Counted from the stretch's first letter, positions 1 to 9,723 are shown. The stretch is 64,000 nt of DNA from Candidatus Marinacidobacterales bacterium (GCA_965262245.1 OZ253507.1:5319728-5383727), one strand, 5' to 3'. Numbers and translations are program-made. The notes: generated by a model from the letters alone, not told the origin.

Positions 1-1
1 C

Positions 2-631
2 AAGGAAGCTCCCTCCATGCAGGGCCAGCGCTTCGTATACTCGAATATTCCCGGCGAGTACCGCGCCCGCGAGCTGGGGCCGGCGCTCGGCCTCCTCGAG
101 AAGGCTGGCGTTGTACATCGGGTGCTCCAATCGCCTGGGAGTGGATGTCCGCTGCGAGCCGGAGCCCGGCCGGATCGGTTCAAGATCCTGTTTCTCGACG
201 TCGGGCTCACGCAGGCACTCCTGGGACTCAACACCGCGGAGCTGATCATCGACGGGGCGACGGCTGTCACTCATCGAGGGGCCATCGCTGAGGCCTTCGT
301 CGGGCAGGAGATAATCGCCTACGGCTTCCCCTGGGCAGGCAGAGAGCTGTTCTATTGGCATCGTGAGGCCCGGGGCTCGAGCGCAGAGGTCGACTACCTC
401 CTCGAGGATAGGGGTAAGGTCATTCCCATCGAAGTGAAGAGCGGGGTCCGTGGAAAGCTCAAGAGCATGCGTCTATTCCTCGAGAAGAACCGCGCGCTAA
501 GCCCGTTCGGGATTCGGTTCTCCTTACACCCCTTCTCCGTCGTGAACGACCTTCAGTCCTGGCCGCTCTACGCGGTTGCCGGACTGTTCCCTGAAAGTGC
601 CCCGCCGAACCTCGACCGGAACCCGAGCTAG
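2..631 (+). CDS. C-terminal part of an AAA-ATPase with a DUF4143-like domain, 5'-truncated by the window edge
   Basis: The ORF is open to the window start. The tail ELFYWHREARGSSAEVDYLLEDRGKVIPIEVKSG matches the EVDF..iEvK signature of DUF4143 ATPases. Confidence 0.5.
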   Translation, partial: KEAPSMQGQRFVYSNIPGEYRARELGPALGLLEKAGVVHRVLQSPGSGCPLRAGARPDRFKILFLDVGLTQALLGLNTAELIIDGATAVTHRGAIAEAFVGQEIIAYGFPWAGRELFYWHREARGSSAEVDYLLEDRGKVIPIEVKSGVRGKLKSMRLFLEKNRALSPFGIRFSLHPFSVVNDLQSWPLYAVAGLFPESAPPNLDRNPS

Positions 632-851
632 CTCCGTTCGGACATCTTCACCCCCGTCGGCTGCTGGCTGGCTCGCGGAACGCCAACTTGACAGTACCCC
701 ACTGGCTCCCCGAGCAAATGATGATGAATCGCGATGCTGATAAATGGCACCGAACAACCTCAGGTGCCTCAGAAGCTGCTACAACCGGGTCTTCTGGCGA
801 GAGCCAAGACGAGGCGGGATCGGAAACCCCTTATGCACCGAGAGAAAGAAA

Positions 852-906
852 TGGAGCCGGCGAGAAGATTTGAACTTCCGACCTGCTGATTACGAATCAG
901 CAGCTA
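852..906 (-). pseudogene. tRNA 3' fragment (anticodon arm, T-arm, acceptor 3' strand, CCA); anticodon CGU (Thr)
   Basis: The minus strand reads TAGC-T-GCTGA-TTCGTAA-TCAGC-AGGTC-GGAAG-TTCAAAT-CTTCT-CGCCGGC-T-CCA. Upstream there is no proper D-arm and no matching 5' acceptor strand. Confidence 0.4.
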
Positions 907-1113
907 TGCTTTTCGCCCGCGCGCTTTTCGGTCGCCGCTCGAACATCCGTCGACGCAAAACAGGCGTCGCCTCCGTCACCCTCGAGGCAGCTTCCGACCT
1001 CGAAGGGCCTCTTTGTGAACGCTCGCGAACGCGAGAGCCTCTTCGGCTTCGTCGCCGAATCGCACGACTCGGCTAGACATCTTCTGCTCGCGGACGATGA
1101 TCGAAGTCGTGAC

Positions 1114-2847
1114 TCAGCCCTTGATGATTCTAGGAAGAACCATCTGGTGCTGCGGGCAAACCGATTTCGGGTTCTGATAAGCCGCGCCTGCAAACGCCGC
1201 CAGATAGCCGCGCAAGCTCGAGAGCTTCACCACTTCGTCGACAAAACCGTAATGCGCGCAATATTCCGGCCGTGACGTTTCGTAGTAGCGCTTCACGAGC
1301 TCGTTCATCTTCTCGATCACGGGCTCGAGAGGCCGCCCCGCGTCCTTTTCTTTGACCGCGCGGCGCGCATAAGTGGCAACGGCCGCCGTCTCGCCATGCA
1401 TCACTTCGATCTCGGTCGCGGCCGTCCCCAACGTGAACGCGTTGTGGCGGTTGGCTGTCGGTCCCCCGAGCACGTAATGCGACGCGGCCGTGCCCTTTCT
1501 CAAGACGACGAGCATCATCGGAACGTCGGTTTGCTGAATGGAATAGATCAGCGACTGCCCGAGACCGAGGAGCTCGGCCCGCTCCGCGACGTCGCCAACA
1601 TCGATACCCGACGTGTCTTGGAACCAGATGACGGGAAGGCGGTCGCGCCCGCACAAGGTGACGAACTCGTTCATCTTGATGAGGCCTTGGCGATATAACT
1701 TGCCCCCCATCCCCGGGTAGTCCGCGTATTCGGGATAACCCTTCCCAAGATAGCCTTGCCGGTTGCCGATGCAGCCGATGAGCTTGCCGTCGATCTTGCA
1801 AAGACCCGTGTACATCTCGGGGCCGTAATCCGGACGAAACTCCATCCCTTCGCTGCCATCCACGAGACGCGCCAGGACCTCGTCGAAATCGTAAACCTCT
1901 TTCTGATTGAACGGGAGCAAGTGGTAGAGATCGTCACCGGAAAATTCCGGCTCGGCCGGCTTCGCCGCCTGAAAGAACTCGGGCCCATAAGCCGGGACCC
2001 CCGACATGTAATCTTTGAGGCCGTCCAGAACGCCGGTCTCTTCTTCATAAACGCGGGAGAAAAAACCCGTATGCTCGTAATGCGTTTCGACATCGCCCGG
2101 AGGCCGCGCGGTGAACTCGCGCGTCTTGGCGATGAGCTCTTCGAGCATCTCCGCGTCGAACCCGCCTTTCGGCGCCATGCCCGAGACGATCCCGACGCCG
2201 CCCACGGCGATGTTCGCGTCTTTATGCGCGATCAAGATGGTCGGGCTGATGCCTTGATAGCCGCCTCCGGCGGGGTTGGTGCCGTAAATCCCAGCGAGCA
2301 CGGGGATGCCCGCTTGCTGGAGTTCGGCGTGACGATAGAACGGTGTGCCCGCGCCGCGACGATTCGCGTAGAACTTCTCTTGCTCGGGAAGCTTCGCGCC
2401 GCTGCAGTTCACGAGCCAGACGAGCGGGATGTTGAGCCGCTTGGCCAGATCCGTAACGCGGAGAATATTCTCCGACTGCCCGGGAAGCCAGGCTCCCGCC
2501 ATGACTTTGTTGTCGAAGCCAATCACCACGGCCCAGCGCCCCGAAATTTTCGCGAGACCGTCGATGACGTTGGTCGTGCCCTCGACGTTGTCGAGCGGGT
2601 TGTAGAGCGTGTGGAGCGGATGCCAAGTGCCCGGGTCGACGAGATATTCGAGCCGTTGCCAAATCGTCATCCAGCCGCGCTTGTTGATCTTCTCCGTCGG
2701 AAAGCCGGCCTCCTGGACTTTCTGACTCGCGGCCTCGATCTCGGCCTCGACCTTGCGCAATTCCTCGGCGCTTTGCGCGGCGCGCTTGATGCGTCCCGCT
2801 TTCAGCTCCTTGCCGAAGCTGTCCATTTTCTCGAAATAAGGTTTCAT
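1114..2847 (-). CDS. Carboxyltransferase alpha subunit of a Na+-translocating biotin decarboxylase (glutaconyl-CoA / methylmalonyl-CoA decarboxylase family)
   Basis: The start is chosen at MKPYFEKMD (ATG 2845-2847), 7 nt after the upstream stop. The carboxyltransferase fold shows in VIGFDNKVMAGAW, NCSGAKLPEQ and GTNPAGGGY. It sits in an operon with beta, biotin-carrier and gamma subunits. Confidence 0.8.
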   Translation of the reverse strand: MKPYFEKMDSFGKELKAGRIKRAAQSAEELRKVEAEIEAASQKVQEAGFPTEKINKRGWMTIWQRLEYLVDPGTWHPLHTLYNPLDNVEGTTNVIDGLAKISGRWAVVIGFDNKVMAGAWLPGQSENILRVTDLAKRLNIPLVWLVNCSGAKLPEQEKFYANRRGAGTPFYRHAELQQAGIPVLAGIYGTNPAGGGYQGISPTILIAHKDANIAVGGVGIVSGMAPKGGFDAEMLEELIAKTREFTARPPGDVETHYEHTGFFSRVYEEETGVLDGLKDYMSGVPAYGPEFFQAAKPAEPEFSGDDLYHLLPFNQKEVYDFDEVLARLVDGSEGMEFRPDYGPEMYTGLCKIDGKLIGCIGNRQGYLGKGYPEYADYPGMGGKLYRQGLIKMNEFVTLCGRDRLPVIWFQDTSGIDVGDVAERAELLGLGQSLIYSIQQTDVPMMLVVLRKGTAASHYVLGGPTANRHNAFTLGTAATEIEVMHGETAAVATYARRAVKEKDAGRPLEPVIEKMNELVKRYYETSRPEYCAHYGFVDEVVKLSSLRGYLAAFAGAAYQNPKSVCPQHQMVLPRIIKG

Positions 2848-2854
2848 ACGAGCC

Positions 2855-4012
2855 TCAACGATTGGGCGTGTGCCCGCAGGCAATCCCCGAGATGATGAGC
2901 TTTTGCACGTTCGACGTCCCTTCGACGATCTGCAGCGACTTCGCATCGCGATAAAAACGCTCGGCGGGATATTCCGACGAGAAGCCGTAGGAGCCGAAGA
3001 TCTTCATGCACTCGTTGGCCGCATGCACCGCGGTCTCGGAAGCGTGGTACTTGGCGATGGACGTTTCGTACTGATTGGGCTTGCCGTTATCCTTCAACCA
3101 CGCTGCCCGGTAGACGAGAAGGCGCGCCGCTTCGTGCTCGACCGTCATCTCCGCAATCTGAGCCTGGATCATCTGATGCTTCGATATAGGCTTGCCGAAC
3201 TGAATACGCTCGTTGGCGTAGTTGATCGCCAACTCGAGCGCGCCTCCGGCCACACCCAAAGCCCCCGCCGCGCAGCCGAGACGGGTGTTGTTCAGCTGCC
3301 ACATACAGATCTTGAAGCCCTGACCCGGCTCACCGAGAACGGCGTCCTTGGGAATCTTCGTACCGCTGAAGACGAGCTCCCCGGTCGGTGCGCAATGGAG
3401 CCCGAGCTTTGTCTCGATGTTCCGGGCGCTGAAATTCTCGAGCTTCTTCGGCTCGAGGATGAAAGCCGTCATGCCCTTGTGCTTCTTCTCCGGGTCCGTC
3501 GAGACATAGAGCAACCCAGCATCGCCCTGCGCTGCATTGGATGCCCAGATCTTGGTTCCGTGGAGCTCGTAGTGATCGCCGCGATCATGCGCAACGGTCT
3601 TCATGCTCGCCACATCGGAGCCGCTATCGGGCTCCGTCATGGCAAAAAAACCAATCTGCGTGCCGTCGACCCAGCCGGGAATGTACTTTTTCTTCTGCTC
3701 CTCGGTGCCGAACTTCGCAACGGTCACCGCGGGGCCTAGATTCTGCATGTTGAACGGCAAACGCCACGACGCGGAAACCTTCGCGATCTGCTCGGCCATC
3801 AAAACGGACTCGAAGAAGCCCATCCCGCTGCCGCCGAGCTCCTCGGGAAGCGCGCAGGAGAAAAAGCCCAGCTCACCCATCTTGCGGACGCGCTCGGTCC
3901 GAAATTCCTGATTCTTTTCCTCTTCCTCGAGCGTTGGCGCAATGTCGTCCGCCGCAAATTGTCTGGCCGTATCCTGAACCAGCTTCTGTTCTTCGTTGAG
4001 CTCAAAAATCAT
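2855..4012 (-). CDS. Acyl-CoA dehydrogenase (candidate glutaryl-CoA dehydrogenase by context)
   Basis: A 385-aa ORF with ACAD motifs (FAMTEPDSGSD, IWASNA, and a C-terminal YRDAKSLQIVEGTSNVQ). It is embedded in the decarboxylase operon. Confidence 0.85.
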   Translation of the reverse strand: MIFELNEEQKLVQDTARQFAADDIAPTLEEEEKNQEFRTERVRKMGELGFFSCALPEELGGSGMGFFESVLMAEQIAKVSASWRLPFNMQNLGPAVTVAKFGTEEQKKKYIPGWVDGTQIGFFAMTEPDSGSDVASMKTVAHDRGDHYELHGTKIWASNAAQGDAGLLYVSTDPEKKHKGMTAFILEPKKLENFSARNIETKLGLHCAPTGELVFSGTKIPKDAVLGEPGQGFKICMWQLNNTRLGCAAGALGVAGGALELAINYANERIQFGKPISKHQMIQAQIAEMTVEHEAARLLVYRAAWLKDNGKPNQYETSIAKYHASETAVHAANECMKIFGSYGFSSEYPAERFYRDAKSLQIVEGTSNVQKLIISGIACGHTPNR

Positions 4013-4045
4013 GTTCGCCTCACTGAAAATTGCCGATGCAATCGG

Positions 4046-4261
4046 CTACTCGATCACGGCGAGCACATCATCTTCTTCGACCTGATCACCCACCTTGACC
4101 TTGAATTCCTTCAAACGACCATCGCAAGGTGCATAGACGACCGTCTCCATCTTGAGAGCCTCGAGAACCAATATTTCGTCGTCTTCTTCCACCGATGAGC
4201 CGACCTCCGCCGCGAGGGACAAAACCTTCCCGGAAAGCGGTGCGCAAACTTCTTCTGCCAT
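4046..4261 (-). CDS. Biotin carboxyl carrier subunit (biotinyl domain)
   Basis: A 71-aa ORF with the biotinylation motif variant LEALKMET and a lipoyl/biotinyl hammerhead pattern. Confidence 0.8.
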   Translation of the reverse strand: MAEEVCAPLSGKVLSLAAEVGSSVEEDDEILVLEALKMETVVYAPCDGRLKEFKVKVGDQVEEDDVLAVIE

Positions 4262-4282
4262 GCTGAAACCTCCAAGAACCTG

Positions 4283-5386
4283 CTACTTGAATATGGTTAG
4301 AAAAATCCCCGCCGCAATCACGGTGCCGATCACGCCGGCAAGATTGGGCCCCATGGCGAACATTAATAAGTAATTCTTCTTGTCCGCCTCGGCCCCCATC
4401 TTATGCACGACGCGAGCCGCCATCGGGACCGCCGAAACCCCGGCGGCCCCCACGAGGGGATTGATTTTGTCCTCGGTGAACAGATTCATGAGCTTCGCCA
4501 GGAGGATGCCCGTGGCGGTGCCGATCATGAAAGCGAACAAGCCGAGAAAAAAGATGAAAATGACATCGCTCCGCAAGAAAGTCTCCGCGCTCATCGTCGC
4601 GCCCACGCTGATGCCGAGAAAAATAGTAACGATGTTCATGAGCGAGTTCTGAACCGTGTCCGTCAATCGATCAACCACCTTGGACTCCCGAAAGAGATTC
4701 CCCAGCATGAACATGGAGATGAGCGCGGCCGACTGGGGCACGAGCAGCACGATGACGATGGTAGCGACGATCGGAAACAAGAGCTTTTCCAGCTGCGGCA
4801 CCTTGCGGGACTTCTTCATCCGGATCTTTCGCTCTTTTTCCGTGGTCAAAGCACGCATGATAGGCGGCTGAATGATCGGAACGAGCGCCATATACGAATA
4901 CGCCGCCACCGCGCAGGCGCCGAGGAGCTGAGGCGCTATCTGCGCCGCGAGAAAAATGGTCGTGGGACCATCCGCGCCCCCGATGATCCCGATCGTCGCC
5001 GCTTCTTTCAACGAAAAACCCATGGCGTGCGCGACAAAAAACGTCACGTAAACACCGCCCTGCGCCGCCGCCCCCAAAAAGATGAGACGAGGCTGCGAAA
5101 GAAGCGGCCCAAAATCCGTATGGGCACCAAGCCCGAGAAAGATCAGAGGCGGGATCACCTCCCACTCGATGCCGTAATGATAGAACCGCCAGAGAAGACC
5201 CTCCCCAGGCTCCATCAGATGCGTGAGCGGAAGATTCGCGACGAGGATACCAAAGCCAATGGGGAGCAAAAGGAGCGGCTCGTACTGCTTACGGATGGCC
5301 AGATAGATGAGCACCAGCCCGATGAAGCCCGTAAACACCATCCCGGGCGTTAGAGACGAAAATCCGAGCTGGTCGAGAAAAGCCAC
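4283..5386 (-). CDS. Na+-pumping decarboxylase beta subunit (integral membrane)
   Basis: A 367-aa polytopic membrane ORF of the OadB/GcdB/MmdB type (GADGPT, AMGPNLAGVIG). The start codon is GTG. Confidence 0.85.
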   Translation of the reverse strand: MAFLDQLGFSSLTPGMVFTGFIGLVLIYLAIRKQYEPLLLLPIGFGILVANLPLTHLMEPGEGLLWRFYHYGIEWEVIPPLIFLGLGAHTDFGPLLSQPRLIFLGAAAQGGVYVTFFVAHAMGFSLKEAATIGIIGGADGPTTIFLAAQIAPQLLGACAVAAYSYMALVPIIQPPIMRALTTEKERKIRMKKSRKVPQLEKLLFPIVATIVIVLLVPQSAALISMFMLGNLFRESKVVDRLTDTVQNSLMNIVTIFLGISVGATMSAETFLRSDVIFIFFLGLFAFMIGTATGILLAKLMNLFTEDKINPLVGAAGVSAVPMAARVVHKMGAEADKKNYLLMFAMGPNLAGVIGTVIAAGIFLTIFK

Positions 5387-5388
5387 GG

Positions 5389-5532
5389 TCAGTCAGACTT
5401 CTCAGTCTTGGCGGCCTTCCGGCCGACCCAATCGACCACCAAAGCATTGACCTTCATGGTGACGTAAAGGGCCGCCATGCCGGCAAAAACGCCCACCATC
5501 CCGCTGACGAACACACTGAATGCAGATTCCAC
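5389..5532 (-). CDS. Small membrane-anchor (gamma/delta, OadG/GcdD-like) subunit; missing from the ORF track because it is under 60 aa
   Basis: Hand translation gives V-ESAFSVFVSGMVGVFAGMAALYVTMKVNALVVDWVGRKAAKTEKSD-stop. The GTG start at 5530-5532 is preceded by GAGGTGAGGG. The stop lies 2 nt before the beta-subunit start. Confidence 0.55.
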   Translation of the reverse strand: MESAFSVFVSGMVGVFAGMAALYVTMKVNALVVDWVGRKAAKTEKSD

Positions 5533-5985
5533 TCGGCTGATTCCCTCACCTCGGACCAGGCCTCAACGGCCCGCGCAACCGCTTATCATGTCAGATCGGC
5601 CTGACCCCTTCAACGAGGCCGCGCACGGATCCAGGCCAGTCGCTCAGTGTCCTCGAATCGGGACGAAAATCCAAGCGAAAGCACCGATCAACCACGGAGC
5701 TTCTTTCCCCGAAGCAACCCGGATTAGTTCCTCCGTATCTGAGAAGGTGGTACTGTCTGCGCGTTCTTCTCCAACATAGACGTGCGGACTCCCAGGTGCA
5801 CCTGTATGGGTGCGATGGGAATTGGATCGTTTTTTTCGACCGCCAAAGATCCGCTTTCAGTGATGGAATGATCGTCGCGCGACGACGTAGCACCTGTCCT
5901 GTAGTAGAAGGCGAGTCACATTCATCGAACTCCGAACGGTGCACACGCTCCCCATCGGTGAACTCCCCCGGCACGCTGAGCTGTT

Positions 5986-6417
5986 ATGATTTCGCCGCTG
6001 ATGCTTCCGCCGAAGGAAAGGACGCCAATGCCTCTTACCGATCGAGTGCTTTCCTCGATTGCGAAAAGCCGCGACCTCGACCGACCCGCGATGCGCGCCC
6101 TGATGAAGGCCACCGAACTTCTTGGCTTGGCGTCCGGGCTCGAGCTCGTGAGGCTCCGCGATTCCACGGAACCCCTCCACCAAGCCTACGCACAGGCAAA
6201 GCTCGAAGCGATCCGCACATCCGGATACGTGCAGCTCTGCCAGCTCCTTTCCGAGCGTTGGGAGAAGCTCCCCGAGCATCGGCGCCCTCACTATACGCCG
6301 CACTAGCGGTTCCGTATTCTGGAGCTCAAAAAACTCCTCGGTTGGTCGCGCAAGGAGACTGCCACACGTTGTTGCGTTTCGGTGGGAACCGTCACTCGCT
6401 GGGAGCGGGAGGTGAAT
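5986..6417 (+). pseudogene. N-terminal transposase/HTH fragment with an in-frame TAG, cut off by the IS3-family left end
   Basis: The ORF 5986-6306 continues in frame after the TAG as RFRILELKKLLGWSRKETATRCCVSVGTVTRWEREVN (HTH-like). It ends exactly where the IS end TGAAGTGGGCCCC begins. Confidence 0.35.
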
Positions 6418-6495
6418 TGAAGTGGGCCCCATTTTTTAGACCAGGGGTTAAGGTGGTAAAACAAGCCTGCTCAATAAAAAAAGGAGCAGAGAAAA

Positions 6496-6783
6496 GTGAA
6501 GAAAAATCGTACGAAGCACAGCCCTGTTTTCAAGGCGAAAGTTGCATTGGCGGTACTACGCGAGCAGGAGACAGTGGCGGAACTATCCCGCCGGCACAAG
6601 GTTCACGCGAACCAGATCTACAAATGGAAGCGGCAGCTTTTGGAGAACGTCACGCGTGCTTTCGAGACCGAAGAGGTGGGCGGAGGCGATGCCTCGATGC
6701 GCGAGGCCGAACTGCTTCAGAAAATCGGGGAGCTGACGATGGAGCGCGATTTTTTATCACACGGGCTCGGTCGATTGCGATGA
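6496..6783 (+). CDS. IS3-family transposase OrfA (HTH)
   Basis: [47 protein letters not shown] is a classic IS3 OrfA. Confidence 0.85.
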   Translation: MKKNRTKHSPVFKAKVALAVLREQETVAELSRRHKVHANQIYKWKRQLLENVTRAFETEEVGGGDASMREAELLQKIGELTMERDFLSHGLGRLR

Positions 6784-7345
6784 CGCCCCGGCGGGAGTTG
6801 GTCGAACCCAACGCTCCGCTGTCGATGCGCTGGCAGTGCGAGCTGCTCGGCGTGAATCGGTCGAGCCTGTACTACGAACCTGTCGAGCCGGATGGCGAGC
6901 AACTCGCATTGATGCGTCGGATGGACGAGCTACATCTGAAGCATCCATTTTTCGGCAGCCGCATGATGACACAGACACTCAAAGCGGAGGGGTCGGCCGT
7001 CAACCGCAAGCGCGTGCAGCGTCTTATGCGCTTGATGGGGCTCGAGAGCACTGCGCCCAAGCCGAACACAAGCAAGCCAGCGCCGGAACACGCCGTATAC
7101 CCCTATCTACTGAGGAATCTGACGGTTTCTCGGATCAATCAGGTGTGGGCCGCCGACATCACATACATCCCGATGGCGCGAGGCTTCGTATACCTGGTGG
7201 CGGTCATCGATTGGTATTCGCGGCGGGTGCTCGCCTGGCGCTTGTCCAACACGTTGGAGACGACCTTCTGCGTGGAGGCTCTGAACGAAGCTGTGGCACG
7301 CTACGGTTGCCCAGAGATATTCAACACGGACCAGGGCTCTCAGTA
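6780..7345 (+). pseudogene. IS3-family transposase OrfB (rve integrase core), C-terminally truncated
   Basis: The frame reads [59 protein letters not shown]. It is embedded in the composite 601-aa track ORF. Confidence 0.8.
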
Positions 7346-7563
7346 TCGTCGAGATCACGCTCGTGCCGACGCGTCTCGGCGCGCGCCTTCTCGGTGCGTT
7401 TGGCGGCCTCGCACTGCTTCTTGCCGCGGTCGGCCTCTACGGCGTCATCGCTTATGCGGTCAGCCGCCGCACCCACGAAGTCGGCCTTCGCATGGCGCTC
7501 GGGGCCGACGCCTCGGACGTGCTGGCCATGATTCTCCGCCAAGGCATGACGCTTGCGGGCGGC
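7346..7563 (+). pseudogene. Fragment of an FtsX-type ABC permease C-terminal region
   Basis: The fragment reads [73 protein letters not shown]. It has no start and no natural end. Confidence 0.7.
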
Positions 7564-8382
7564 TTTCATGTCTTCGTTCGTGTCCGGATATTCCTGCGTG
7601 AGGCGCGCGAACACGGTGCTGACTTGCGCTTGCGCTTCCTCGACGCTCGCGCCCGGAGCGAGACGCCCTTTGACGAAGAGCCAACGTGTACCACGCCGCT
7701 CACGGCGCGTCTTGCCCGGCTCGTCAAAACTGTTCGACTGAATGCCGTTGAAGGTGAGATTCTCCACCATCGCGGTCGGCACCCAGTACTCGGGACGGAT
7801 TCCAGGAATGGTGCCCGTATAGGTTTCGGGCGCGACGCCGATGATGTTGTAGTCCACGCCGCTCAGCCGCAGCGACTTTCCGACCACATCGGGGTCCCCG
7901 CCGAGGCGGCGCTGCCAGAGGCCGTGGCTCAAGACCATCACGGGATGCGTGCCTTCGGTCGCGTCTTCCTCTGAATGGAAGCCGCGTCCGAGGACAGGCC
8001 GCACCCCGAGCACCTCGAAATAGTTCGCGGTGACCACCTCGCCCGTGACGACGTCAGAGCGGCCTTCGGTCGTCACGATGCCGCGGACCATGGCATGCGC
8101 GGTGAGCCCTTCGAAGGCCTCGGTCTCCTTTCGGATATCGAGAAAGTCCGGATAGGACGACGTCAGATGCGGGAATTCTTCGCTGGGGCTCGAGTAGATC
8201 TCGACGAGGCGGCCCGGGTCTTCGATGGGAAGCTTCTTGAGAAGGATCGCGTTCACGACGCTGAAGATGGTCGTATTCAGACCGATCCCGAGGGCGAGCG
8301 AAAGCGCCGCCACGAGGGTAAATCCCGGCTGACGCACGAGAGTCCGGAACGCGTATCGAATATCGCCTGCGAGATCTTGCAC
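7564..8382 (-). pseudogene. N-terminal ~273 aa of an ADOP-type (MacB/FtsX-like) permease, truncated
   Basis: The fragment runs MQDLAGDIRYAFRTLVRQPGFTLVAALSLALGIGLNTTIFSVVNAILL.. through ..[15 protein letters not shown]. The rest of the track ORF is read-through of the plus-strand fragment. Confidence 0.7.
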
Positions 8383-8487
8383 TTTTTCTCCGTGTTTCGT
8401 TGGGTTACCTGCGAACGGCTGCCCGGGGCGTATCTCGACGCCTCTTCAGTGTTTTACGGATTTGCGGCGCCGATGGTTCCCGGAAAC

Positions 8488-8889
8488 TCAATCGGCGGCG
8501 TCGGCTTGGATCTCCACTTTTAGCTCGGGGTAAGCCAGGCGGGCCACGCCGATCAACGTGTTGGGAGGCATGACGTTCGCGGCGGCGAGCGGTCCCGCGA
8601 AGGCGTCCCAGTTCTCGATCATCTCGTCCACGTCGGTCGTATATACCGTGACGCGAGTGAGGTTCTCGTAGCCCATCCCCGCGGCCTTCAACACGGCTTC
8701 GAGATTATTCATGGCCGCCGTAATCTGGCCTCTCAAATCGTCCGGATGTTGGACCTTGCCGTCGGCGTCAATTGAGGTCTGGCCGGCGCAGACGAGTTGG
8801 CGGCTCACGCCTTCGAGCACTTCGCCTTGATTGAATTGATACTGTTTGGACCACTCCCAGCGATTCACAGCCATACGTTTCATCGACAC
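8488..8889 (-). CDS. RidA/YjgF-family protein
   Basis: A 133-aa ORF with a YjgF-like pattern (QTSIDADGKV.., NLEAVLKAAG, TVYTTDV, ELKVEI). Confidence 0.7.
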   Translation of the reverse strand: MSMKRMAVNRWEWSKQYQFNQGEVLEGVSRQLVCAGQTSIDADGKVQHPDDLRGQITAAMNNLEAVLKAAGMGYENLTRVTVYTTDVDEMIENWDAFAGPLAAANVMPPNTLIGVARLAYPELKVEIQADAAD

Positions 8890-8952
8890 AACCTCCTTTG
8901 TTCAGACGGCAAGGCTGGCATATGATCCCACGGTAGGACTTGGGAGGCCAGC

Positions 8953-9693
8953 ATGCTCGTCAGAGCGCTCGCAATCATAGCGCTGATTTCGCTCGTGGCC
9001 GAGGGAGGACAATGGGAGCGCCGCCGCCGGCGCGAACCGCCACCGGTCGAGCTCACACCCACCATCGTGCCGAATTTCTCCTTCGCACGTGTGAGGTTTC
9101 ATTCCTTTCGTGAAGGCAGACGCCCCGGCTGGTCTCACGATTATCCGCGCGCCGAGCGCAACCTCCTGCGCATTCTGTCCGAGGTCACCGATGTCTACAC
9201 GGAGCCCGCGGCGCACACGATCGTCCCGCTCGACAGCCCGGATCTCATGCTCCATCCGCTGGCCTATTTCAGCGAGCCCGGCACTTGGGCGATCACGCCC
9301 GACGAAACCACGAATTTTCGCAACTATCTCGCGAAAGGCGGATTTGCCATCTTCGACGACTTCGACGGACCTTGGGATTGGGAGAACTTCGAAGCGTGCA
9401 TGGCAAGCGTCTTACCCGGACGCCACTTCGAGAGGCTCGAGCTCGAGGACCCTGTGTTCCAGAGCTTCTTCCATATCAAGACCCTCGAAATGCCGGCCGG
9501 CTATGGCTCCTATGAAGCGCCCTCGTTCTGGGGACTTCGAGACGATGACGGCCGGCTAATGGTCGTCGCCAATTTCAATAATGATATCGGGGAGTACTGG
9601 GAGTGGTCCGAGCACGGCTACTACCCAATCGAGCTCACAAACGAAGGGTACAAACTCGGAGTCAATTACGTCATCTATTCCCTGACCCACTGA
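8953..9693 (+). CDS. DUF4159-like secreted/membrane protein
   Basis: An N-terminal hydrophobic segment is followed by ERNLLRILSEVT, LHPLAYFSEPG and GGFAIFDDFDGPWDWENF, which recalls DUF4159. Confidence 0.55.
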   Translation: MLVRALAIIALISLVAEGGQWERRRRREPPPVELTPTIVPNFSFARVRFHSFREGRRPGWSHDYPRAERNLLRILSEVTDVYTEPAAHTIVPLDSPDLMLHPLAYFSEPGTWAITPDETTNFRNYLAKGGFAIFDDFDGPWDWENFEACMASVLPGRHFERLELEDPVFQSFFHIKTLEMPAGYGSYEAPSFWGLRDDDGRLMVVANFNNDIGEYWEWSEHGYYPIELTNEGYKLGVNYVIYSLTH

Positions 9694-9723
9694 CCCATTG
9701 AGACCATTCAGAAACACCGCGGG

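Larger units (their letters stand above)
6418..7345 (+). mobile_element. IS3-family element, 3'-truncated
   Basis: The left end TGAAGTGGGCCCCATTTTTTAGACC is typical of IS3/IS2-like termini. orfA and orfB overlap by ATGA. Transposase homology stops at ..FNTDQGSQY (about 7345) with no right end. Confidence 0.75.

Noticed and set aside
1756-2895. Long antisense ORFs overlapping clearly coding genes. Examples are 1756-2895, 4403-5353, 18267-19238, 20416-21492, 21458-22732, 31309-32904, 38292-39242 and 52257-53459.
   Set aside because: They are typical shadow ORFs of high-GC DNA. They show Arg/Gly/Pro-rich low-complexity translations and no motifs. The opposite strand carries unmistakable family signatures.
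5796-7601. A 601-aa ORF spanning 5796-7601.
   Set aside because: It is a composite read-through. Only the stretch [11 protein letters not shown]...NTDQGSQY is real (IS3 OrfB). The remainder is low-complexity translation of non-coding DNA and of the permease fragment in the wrong frame.
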